Of a stretch of DNA of 64,000 nt, positions 37,014-47,164 are shown piece after piece. The notes under the pieces were generated by a model. That model was not told where the DNA came from. It ran no database searches and saw only the letters and a program-made list of their open reading frames with translations. Origin of the DNA: Octopus sinensis. Lineage: Eukaryota. The DNA lies in NCBI RefSeq assembly GCF_006345805.1, contig NW_021835478.1:1-64000 (forward strand). The letters are read 5' to 3'. A program made the position numbers and the translations under genes. How positions within the stretch are numbered: the stretch's first letter is position 1; each line of letters starts with the position of its first letter.

Positions 37014-39346
37014 CTAAGAGAAAATACGAGCTTCCCGACTGTTCAACGACCGAAAGCACCTGGAAATCCTCGCCTCAGTGGATGCTAATATAAAGAGCAC
37101 ACAACATACCAATACTATTATCAATCCAATCCATCGACCTGATCAAGGCAGATAAAACCTTCCTCACATTAAAATCCTACAAATCAAAAAACAGGTCCAA
37201 ACCACACTGTCGGGGCAATCATTGTCATTTATCCTCATCACATTCTCAATATGATCGACATCCTTGGAGTAACCCCCAATCTTATTCTCAATGTCCTCCA
37301 TCATTTGATACCTACATCACCTCACTCAACTACAAATATGTCTTGGATGTGCTCGACTTGTTCATTTTGGACACACTCACTTCGATCGAGTCCATCAACC
37401 TCTCCAGCATTTCCTGAGTATTCGAAACAAATTTGAGTTCGCTGTTTATATCCACCACACAATTCTCAATTTCACTCAACTTGGTCTCCATTTCAGTCAA
37501 CTTGGATATTACATAATCACACAATACTTTTTCGTCATCCTCAATCAACTGGAAGTCAATCTCATTCAGTCGCTTTAATTTTTCATCAAAGATCTGCTTT
37601 TTCGAACTCAATTGCCTTATTCTCGTCTCCAAATATGCCTCCAGTTGATAATAATTCATGTTTTCGAAACTAAAATCCCTCACAAAACTCACCTCATTTG
37701 TGTTTGGCCTGGACTATCTGAATGAATTGGCCTATAATTGTATCAAACCTCACAATACGTTTGAAAATCGGCAGTGGAACATGATTTAGGCACATTAGGC
37801 TCAATATTTGGTAAGGAGGTAGGCAAAGTCGATGATTGAGGGACTCCACTCTCACCAGAAGCTGGGAAGGAGGCCAAATTTGATTCAAATGTAACAGTTG
37901 ATTGAACTGGGACAGAAATTGGAGCTGCCGTCGTTGAAGGCTCCGAACTTTGGCCTGATTGTTGTGAATATATAAAGACATACTGAAAGGTTGAGAATAA
38001 TTAGAGACAGATGGAATAATCGAGATTGGTTGTGTGGCTGAAGTAGTGAACATTGCTGATGTCTGGAGGGAAGGAATTTGAGATGAAGGAGTAGAAGAAA
38101 GAAAAGTTGTTTGGGTAATTCCAGGGGAATTCGAGTGCTGGGTAGAAAACAATGGAGCATTTGAAATGACTTGTGAGGTGATATTTTCTGATATATTTGG
38201 AATTCCTTGTTGGGAGGTCACAGCTGATGGAATATTGAATAGACCTTGTTGTGTGGTCACAGTTGATGGAATGTTGAATAGGCCCTGTTGGGATGTCACA
38301 GCTGATGGAATATTGAATAGACCTTGTTGGGAGGTCACAGTTGATGGAGTGTTAAATAGACCTTGTTGGGAGGTCACAGTTGATGGAATGTTAAATAGAC
38401 CTTGTTGGGAGGCCCCAATTGTTGGAATATTCGAAAATCCCAGTTGTTGAGAGGTCACAATTGATGGAATGTTGAATAAACCTTGCTGGGAAGTCACAGT
38501 TGATGGAGTGTTAAATAGGCCTTGCTGTGAGGTCGTAGTAGATGGAATGTTGAATAGGCCTTGTTGGGGGGTCCCAATTGTTGGAATATTCGAAAAGCCC
38601 TGTTGTTGCGATGTCGCAATTGATGGAATGTTGAATAAACCTTGCTGGGAAGTCACAGTTGATGGAGTATTGAATAGGCCTTGCTGTGAGGTCGCAGTTG
38701 ATGGAATATTGAATAGGCCTTGTTGGGATGTTCCAGTTGATGGAATATTGAATAAGCCTTGTTGGGAGGTTCCAGTTGATGGAATATTGAATAGACCTTG
38801 TTGGGACGTTCCAGTTGATGGAATATTGAATAGACCTTGTTGGGATGTCACAGTTGATGGAGTGTTGAATAGGCCTTGTTGTGAAGTATTTTGTCCTTGG
38901 ATTGGGAAAGGAGCATTAAAAGATTGTTGACAGGTCACAATTCCAAAGGGCTGTGAAATAATTGAATTGGTTTGTGCCCCCGAGTTAGGAAATGTTCCAA
39001 AAGATTGAGAAGTAAAACCAGATTGACCCGTTGACTGAAAACTTTGATTTCCTTGACTTTGAAGGGTTCCAAAACTTCCTGTGGCCGGAGAAGTTGGAAA
39101 TGCTTGATTTTGACCCCAAAGGCTCTGAGAAGTAGAAAATCCTTGTGGTTGAGTTCCAATATTTTGAGATGTTTGGCCAAATATGCTTTGATTTTGAGAC
39201 CCGAAAAATCCTGTCTGAGTAGTTGCAGGGTTTCCAAAAGAAGTATTTGAAAATAGGTTAGTTTGAGGCTGAATTCCGGATAAAGCAGACGATTGAGATA
39301 TATTTTGGTTAGGATTTTGATTATTACTCCAAGAAGAAAAATTCAT
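37014..39346 (-). CDS. NUP62: Nucleoporin Nup62/Nsp1 (copy 2, intact 5' frame)
   Basis: The ORF from ATG 39346 gives an FG-containing N-terminus (SFG, FFG, IFG, SFG, SFG, PFG) and GLFN repeats. Short introns then join it to the Nup62-like coiled coil. Stop TAG at 37014-37016. Confidence 0.83.
38208..38887 (-). repeat. Coding 39-bp minisatellite in Nup62, copy 2
   Basis: Same unit number and order as copy 1. Confidence 0.95.
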
Positions 39347-39980
39347 TTGAAATATAGTCTAATTTTAATTTACCAAAAAAACAAACCACAACGTGATATT
39401 GACTATTATTTTAATATATTTTTATTTTGATTTTATTCCATAAATATCTGCATATTATATAAAAAATTTGTTCGATTAAAGCTAATTATCCTCTCTTTAT
39501 ATCCTCTCTTTTTTATTCACTTTGCACACTGTCTTTATACAAATGACTGACTTGAAAGTAAATGTACCTTACTACTTTGTTATATCTTCTGACATGATCG
39601 TTGTTAAGTATTTTCCGACATTGAGGTGCCTCACTTTCGAGACAATGTTTTCTTTCCATAGTCGACAATTTAAAATTTCTACATTTACATTTGAATAGTT
39701 GGAAATGAATTCTTCTTTATAAACAAAACATTTAAGCAGTATTAATCATTTTGAAACTTTTTTCCCTTAATTTTGTATTTAGATTGATTTGCTTACTGTA
39801 ATTTAGAAATTATCATAATTTGATATTTTACATTCATCCGACAATTATCACCAACTTTGGTAAGCCCGATCCTTTTTGATTATAACTAAATTTAGATCAC
39901 TGGTTAATAGTTCAGTTGTTTGGAAGAAATTCTATTCGGACTTTTATCATTAATTTCCTTTTGTTAGATTTGATTTAGAA

Positions 39981-41675
39981 CAGGGGTGTCAAACACTCGG
40001 CCCTCAGCGTACTTTGGCAAACATAAGTGCGGTCTGATTTAATGGCTATAAAATACAAAAAAGGCCGAGTCGGTGAGCGAATCCGATGCGCATGGCAGCA
40101 TCGTCTAGCCACGTCTCGATACTGGAGAGAGAGAAAGCATTCAGCCAGCTGCCTGAGTGTTTTTAATTGTATTTTTAAATCGTGTTTTCAATGTCATGTG
40201 CTTCTTCTAAAATAAAAAAGAAACGCTCCTTGAAAGATGAACGGAGAGTGTTTCAAGATAAATGGGAACTTCTCTATTTTTGCACAATGGTTGATAGAAA
40301 TTTAACGAGTTTATCGCTATACCGAAAGAATACAACCTAGAGAGGCATTATCAATCTAATCATCTATCATACAATTATTTTGAAGGTATTAAGTTGCTTA
40401 TAAACCAAGAAGGTCCAATGCGTGTTTTAAAGCTAAATGAATTGCGAAAAATTTATCTGCGTTACAGACTCATTTCACGAAAAGTCATAATCGAAGTACT
40501 GCATTAGTCACTGAAAGCTATGAAATCAGCAGAATGCTTGCAGTATATGGAAAATCATATTGTGATGATGATTTCATTGAGCAATGCTTTGTAAAAACAG
40601 CGAATATTATTTGTCCAGACGACGCCCACTTGTTTAAAGATATTTCATTAACAAGAAATACTGTTGCCAAACACATTAATGAAATGGTATTGAATTTGAA
40701 ACACCAATTAAAGTCTGATTTGTTAAAATTCGATTATTTTTCAATTGCAATCGATGAAACAGTCGACGTCGTTGGAATTGCACAATTAGCAATCTTTTTT
40801 AGAGCCTGTGATTCAGATTTTAATATTTATGAAGAATTTCTCGAACTGGTACCAATGCACGATACTACTACAAGTAAAGATATCTTTATAAAACTACTAC
40901 AAATTCTCTTTGAATATGGGTTTGGTTTGAAGAAGCGTGTATGTTTATGATTGTGCTCCGAATATGGTTGGACGACAAGCTGGCGTTGCCGCCAAATTGC
41001 GAGCTGAAATAGAAATGGTAAATCCCGGGTCATCATTTGCTCATTTTCATTGTATTATTCATCAACAATATTTGTGCTCAAAGATATTAAAAATGGAAAA
41101 TATTATTAGTTTGGTCACGAAAACAGTAAACTATATCAGAGGTCATCCCCTCAACCACCGGCAGTTTAGTAAACTGCTGACAGATATTAATAATCAGTTC
41201 AGCAATGCAGATGAAAGTTTACAAATGGAACTATTGGAAATCCAATCAGATTCTATACTTAAAGCTAAATATTTGGAGGTTGGAATACCTGCTTTCTTTT
41301 CATATCTTCCTGGAAAGTTTAAAAACTTTAAAAAGTTTGCGACAAAAATCATTGCTATGTTTAATTCGACATAACTTTTTTCATTTATGAAATTGACAAA
41401 AACTGCTCAAAGAACAAGACTAACTGATGAACATTTATCATCTTTAATAAAAGTCGGAACTACTCGAATAGCTCAGCCTGACATATCAAAAATTGTATCT
41501 AAAAAAGATGTCAATCCTCTGAAAGCAGCTCTCACCAAAATTAAAGGGCGATGATTGAATAATTTAGTTTCTCTTATTTTGGTTATTCATCATAATAAAT
41601 ATCAGAACTAATCTTCCCTTAATGAGAAATTATTATAAATGCGGCCCTCAAAGCGAAATGAGTTTGACACCCCTG
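39981..41675 (+). mobile_element. hAT (Charlie/Buster, GTF2IRD2/EPM2AIP1-like transposase) non-autonomous element with both TIRs
   Basis: TIRs CAGGGGTGTCAAAC (39981) and GTTTGACACCCCTG (ends 41675). Motifs KEYNLERHY, ISLTRNTVAKHI, FSIAIDETVDV..AQLAIFFR, EEFLEL, HCIIHQ and LQMELLEIQ. Frameshifted, and the region between HRQF and LQMEL is much shorter than in a typical transposase. Confidence 0.9.
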
Positions 41676-41689
41676 GTATATAATGTATG

Positions 41690-42470
41690 AGAATGGCTCA
41701 CAACCTACAACAATGTCTCTCTTGCCACTTCTACCACCATTCCTACCAAGAACGTTCTGACTTCCGTCAGTTCCAGAGATGTCATTGAAGTGGGCTGAAA
41801 ATATTTCAGCCACCTCAGGTCCGAGACGAGGGTTCCATCAGAGCGTTTAGGGCGCACTGAATTTGCCTCCCCTCTCTCTGACAGGCTCTTCAACTGTTTC
41901 CAGAAGTCCGGGAAGCGGGCGTCTACGCGTCTGCAGGCCCGCTCCCACCGTGAAGTTTCGAATTCACGAATTTCTCTTCGGATCTCCCTCTGAAGCCGGC
42001 TAATCCAGCCACGAAACTAAACACGGTTTTCATCGTAAACGCATTTGTCCCGTAGTCTGGATGGCCGGCGCTTAAACTTAATTTTATTTCAAACCCGGTA
42101 GGGAAGCGTGGAATGTGACTTATTCTGCACTGAGTTCTGTTTGAAATTATCTCGCATTTAATCAGTCAGGGCAGCATTGATTCCATTATCTAACGCCTCC
42201 AACTCACGTATGTTGGCACAGGTATTTCCCACCAGAAGTGAGGTCAACCTGCCGGCAATGAACCTCTCCAGGTTGGCCCAAGAACCCGACCGGAGGTCAA
42301 AGTATCCTGGAACCCATTGAGGGACTGGCTCGCGGAGTTAGTGCAATAGAGGCAGATGATCGCTTCCGATATCGGGCAATAAAATTGTTTTACTAACCCA
42401 ATTTAGCATTCCAGGACTGACCAGAGCAAGCCCTAGCCAGTCTCGTCCACCTCGCGAGTCGATGTGGTTT
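41690..42470 (-). mobile_element. APE-endonuclease LINE fragment
   Basis: LLPDIGSDHLP (APE C-terminal motif), followed in another frame by EIRREIREFETSRWERACRRVDARFPDFWKQLKSL, a typical APE-RT linker. Confidence 0.7.
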
Positions 42471-42624
42471 GGCTCACTTGAAGATCGGACTTTCACAGAT
42501 AGCATATCTCGACATCAATCAAAGAACCATCTCAGATCACTTGTGTGCCCGTATAACAGAATGGTGACCAATAAGTTAAAGCAAAGTGTCGTTTAAGAGA
42601 AAAAGAATTTATTATGGAAATTAG

Positions 42625-43146
42625 TTAACCTTCAATGTCAATGCATTTAATTTTGGCCAATTCCGTCTTCTCGCATAAGTAGGGGGCAAGGAGGTTGCTA
42701 ACCGACGGAAAGAGCAACATGGAGATCCACCATGTCCAAGAATTGGGGAATTTGCCAATGTAAAGGCTGCAGATTACCACGTGTATCGCAAAAGTGGAGG
42801 CAATGTAGTCAAAGGACACCTGCGATCGCCCGATCGTGTTCCAGAAGACCAGCGCCCTACAAATACAGAAAATTGATACAAGGCAATCGAGGACATTAAA
42901 TATGACATGAACACCGATAATGGAGTAAAGTCAAACAGTTCAAAGGCCTGAGCTTAATTAACAACTGTTTACGTAAGGACTAAAAATCTGACTGAGTGAC
43001 ATGGGAAATTTGAACATAAGAGAGAAAATGAATAAATGAACGACAATGGATAAGTATAGACTGAAGAGTAGTATTATAAGATCGCAGATCACCAAAGTTG
43101 GGTTGGTGTTAGGCCTCACAAAATATTGTAGAAATTTCCGTAGCAT
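42625..43146 (-). CDS. SYS1: Golgi trafficking membrane protein SYS1
   Basis: FDYIASTFAIHVVICSLYIGKFPNSWTWW..YLCEKTELAKI matches the SYS1 C-terminus (DF..T.H..HL......FP...TWW..GEYLC.R.EL..I). The upstream hydrophobic exon ends in MSLSQIFS. Confidence 0.8.
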
Positions 43147-43353
43147 ACAACAAGAAATTAATAAACTAATCGATTCCAACTAACAAAATAAATACAATTT
43201 ACTAAAATAGGATACAAAAATAAATTAAATAAATAGCTGTATTTCGACCTTGGATTTTCGGATCTTGAACTTGACGGAATTGCTTCCCCCCAATCGTGTG
43301 CTTGTTTACCGATTTAATTTCCAGATTTAAAGCAAAAATAATGTTTAGTTTAA

Positions 43354-44322
43354 TCAGAAGAAAACAATGAGAACTGTCACATTATCGCCTCCGAGTCCTC
43401 TGACTGCTTCATGGACGACATTGTCACATACCCTCGAGGACTGGTCTGACTAAACCATCACGATGTAATTAGACTCCAATTTTTTTTACGACTTGATCTG
43501 CACTCAGACTCGTCCACAAACCATCACAAGCAATTACCAAGAATTTGTCTGTCTCCCTGTTGATGTTGTACTTTCGGACTTGTGGAAGAGCTGTCACTCC
43601 ATATGCCTTGAAAAACCCATCGCCGATCGACCGAGTCACTGCTAGTTTGCCTATCACTCGTCCATCTCTACAAATCAGTTCACAAACAAACTTAATGTTC
43701 CCCCCACATTTATGTATTCGAGTTCTTTCGCTGTAATCACTCGGACTGTGGTCGTTTGTGAGAGTCAGGGCAATCCAGTCGTCTTGTTCCTGTCGGGAGA
43801 TGACTGCCTGAAATGAATCAGCAACCTAACCTTGCTATCCCCCACATGGGCTACATAAATGACGTCATTTAATATTAATACTGCAGTGGCAGTGCTCCCG
43901 TCCTTCCATTGGGGACTGTTCTTGCTTGCTTCGGTCATAAAGGCTCGGTCTGTCTTGATGAAGGCTTCAATGAGTGACTGTTTGACTGTTTTGTCAGTCC
44001 ACTCTGAACAGGTTGGGAGAGCAGTGGCAAGGTGAGTGTGGAGATGCTTCGCTGCGAACTGTGCGGCTCGAGGACCCGAATGTCCATCATACACAGCATA
44101 GAAGGCAGCTGTCGTTATGTCCGACGGTCTGGGAATACATTTTGAAGAGTACTTGGAGATGTGGAAATGGTCGTAGAGGTCGTCGATTATTACATGTGCA
44201 TCCTCCATTTCTCTGCGTTCCCCCTTGGTGGAGGACACTTTGCTTATAAGAAGGGACTCAGTTCGTGCACGTTTATTGGGATACACTGATTCGCCACTTA
44301 GTGAGTGTTTTGATGCACACAT
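43354..44322 (-). CDS. ILKAP: PP2C-family phosphatase ILKAP
   Basis: KGERREMEDAH, YAVYDGHSGPRAAQFAAKHLH, WKDGSTAT..YVAHVGDS, VTRSIGDG, GVTALPQV, FLVIACDGLW, GGDNVTVLIV. Short introns; stop TGA at 43354-43356. Confidence 0.9.
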
Positions 44323-44399
44323 GTTCAAACACTAAATAAATTAATTAATAGTTATTTAGATTCCGTTCTCGTATTAGTGCAAGGATAGGGAAATTTATG

Positions 44400-46420
44400 T
44401 CAGCGCGGGGTCTAGATTCGGGGGCTACCTCCTCAACATGCATCCGTGTCTTGACTCGGCTTAAATGCTTTTTAAAGGTCTTCCGCAACATCATTGTCTG
44501 GATAATTTGCCTTAACCCCTGTTTTCCACTCCGACTGCCTCCAGATGATTCGTAAAGAATTTTGACATAATTCCGTCTCAGGTCATAACGACAGGGACGA
44601 TCTTTACTTTCGCCTTGTGGATTGCTCCCAGTTTATTTGCCAGCAAGTCGTATTTGTGGAACTGTTCTACTTCGACCTGCTTGATACAATTTTTAAAATG
44701 ATCCCCACCTTGATAAGTGTAATTGCTCAGTTTTTCGTGAACAAATATGTCGGTTTTGTTATTCGGGATAACATTATTAGTCTGAAGGTTTGTGTCAACT
44801 CGATTTTAAATTTGTTGGTGGTAACAGATTGGACTGAAGTATTTTAAATTTTTTGACTTTTTAATTCCATATTGGCGACATAGATGCAGATGCGAGCATT
44901 TGATTACTTCGTTATGGCGTCTGAGATAGGGGCCGGTAAGCATTTGCCCACATCTGGTGATAAAGTGATCAACGGTCTTTTTGGATGAGTTCTAGTGGTA
45001 GCATTTATTTTCTCCGTTATTGAAAAGCAAGTTTCGGTCCTCCAGCTGGGACAGGCTTGTTTCAATCCATGGGGAATTGTTTCCGAGAATTAGCTATTCG
45101 CAGGCCTCATTAACTCAATTTCAGTATTCTTTAGACATTGGAACAAAATAGAGTGTAAGGGTTTCTTTTTAATTTGTTTCCATATTTTTTATCAATCTGC
45201 TTAAACTCCCCGGGCTCAATATCAATTCGTCCAATATAATAGTTATAAAGGGAAAATGTGTGCTCGTTTATTGCCTTGAACAAGTTGACTGAGCTTTACT
45301 TTATTTTTTAGAACGTTGCTATTCTTATCTTCGAGGACCCTTAGATAATGGTATCTATCCACACATCGAGTAACCAAGCTTTCATAGACAAAGACTTGAC
45401 ACTCGTCGCAGATTTTTTAACGTTTCTTTCTAGCCTAGCTAGGTCAAAAACGATTAATTTTTTTTCACCATCATTTTCATTACGTCATTACGATGCGAAA
45501 ATAACTCTAAAATTTTTCTATAGCGTTCATAAAAAGAAGATAGATATATTTATTTTAACTTTTCCTAGTGTTCTATTTTCCAAATTTATATTGATTTTCC
45601 ATTGCTATTCTTATCTTCGAGAACTCCCAGATATTAGTATCTATCCACCCATCGAGTAACCAAGCTTTTATAGACAGACTTGACACTCGTCACAGATTCT
45701 CCTTCAAAGACTACTACGCTCTCGCAGGACTACTAGTTGGGCCATGTTCCTACTACCCATAATTACAGGCCCACTACCCATCATTAATGGACTCTCTAAG
45801 CCGAATGCTCATCAGGAAATTCCCGAAAGTAATGATGAGCTCAATCCCTGACACATTCTTCGTGTTCCAAGTTGATTGTCTCCAACAAAACCATAAGCTT
45901 CGATATATTCCGATAGTTTGTTATTCACACACTTTGTCATCAGTGTATACAGGCTAGGTATGCACGTAACTGATTTCAGATTTTTTGGTGATTCATCACA
46001 TCCATTTTGGTATAAAATACGTAATTTTGATGTAAAACCAATCTTCGGGCGTATTGAATTGAATGTTTTATTTAGCACAAAACCGAGGAAACAAAAACAA
46101 GTTATATGGTTAAGGAAACGGTCTTGTTATGAAACATAAAAATGTCTCTTACCAGTGTTCAGATTCATCTTTTATTATTTTCCATATCTCCTCGCATAGG
46201 GGTCACGGACATCAGTAAAGCTCTTTATAAAAAAAAGTTTTAAACTCCATCGCAGCCGCTTGTAAACCCATTTTTTTCTTCGAACTTGATATCATCTATG
46301 AGTAAAGAGACAATCCTATCGAACTCTCCTAATTCCGAGAACATAATGGATTTTCTTTTAGGAGACCTCCGTAAATTGGTCGTCAGAAAGTTTTCTATTA
46401 ACATCGTCAGAAACCAACAA
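44400..46420 (-). mobile_element. Degenerate RLE-type (R4/NeSL-like) non-LTR retrotransposon
   Basis: In element order: VTCIPSLYTLMTKC..DNQLGTRRMCQG (RT), YLGVLED (present twice, local duplication at ~45310-45420 and ~45600-45700), NLFKAINEH, then IRVDT..NKTDIFV..KYDLLANKLG..KVKIVPVVMT*DGI (RLE). Confidence 0.8.
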
Positions 46421-46593
46421 ACTCGTCAACAAAAAAATAAGAACCCAAACTAATTTATTTGAAACTAGCTCAGCAGTTCGCTTCGCTCACTGCGAGCTAG
46501 CTCCTGCGGAGGCCCTGCTCGCTACGCTCGCAGTTTCCTTAAATAACTATAAATTTATGTAGATATATAAATGCGACCTGCTTTGATATAACC

Positions 46594-46790
46594 TTATTCT
46601 AAGGCCTGTGGATAAACGATGTTTGCAGTCCGTCCATCCTTGGCAAATATAAATAAATTTTCTCTTCTACCTACCCTTGAGCACCCCACATACACCTGGC
46701 CATGTGAAAAGCACTCGTTCTCTAAAAATAAGCCTACTACCTTTAAAGACTGTCTCTGGGCCTTGTTTATTGTCATAGCAAAACTTATCT
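46594..46790 (-). pseudogene. Helitron Pif1-like helicase C-terminal remnant
   Basis: FAMTINKAQRQSLKVVGL..CFSHGQVYVGCSRV..TANIVYPQAL are the Pif1/Helitron terminal helicase motifs. Confidence 0.92.
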
Positions 46791-47164
46791 TAAAAAAAAT
46801 GATAATCAGCTTCATCTTTCTAGTATTCTAAGGAAAAAAATTAAAGCCTGTTAAATCAAGGAGATTTAAATATAGGCAAATTGAAATTTACATGACTAAT
46901 TTAAATTTTATTTGCCTCTATCTTTTAAGAAAACTAAACAGTAGCATAATCGAATTTGTCAGTTTCGGCAGTTAAAAAGAATCAATTATGTAAATCTCTA
47001 ATAATTTTTGCTTTTTCCTTTTTAGTGGTTTTCAAAATCTGATAATTGCAGAGTCTATTCATGGTCGATAACAATTAGAGCTTTTATTTTATTTTTTTAA
47101 CGAAAATTTAACAAAAAAGAATTTATGTCAACGAAAAAAGATAGATAAGCTAATTAATGGCCTC

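Larger units (their letters stand above)
24093..42123 (+). repeat. Segmental duplication of 1-~17015 (direct orientation; offset 24,092 bp, rising to ~25.1 kb after the hAT indels)
   Basis: Position 1 (TTGAGATGAAGTTTAAATTTG) recurs at 24093. The ORF track repeats at +24092. Similarity ends at GTGACTTA (17015 / 42123). Confidence 0.97.
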
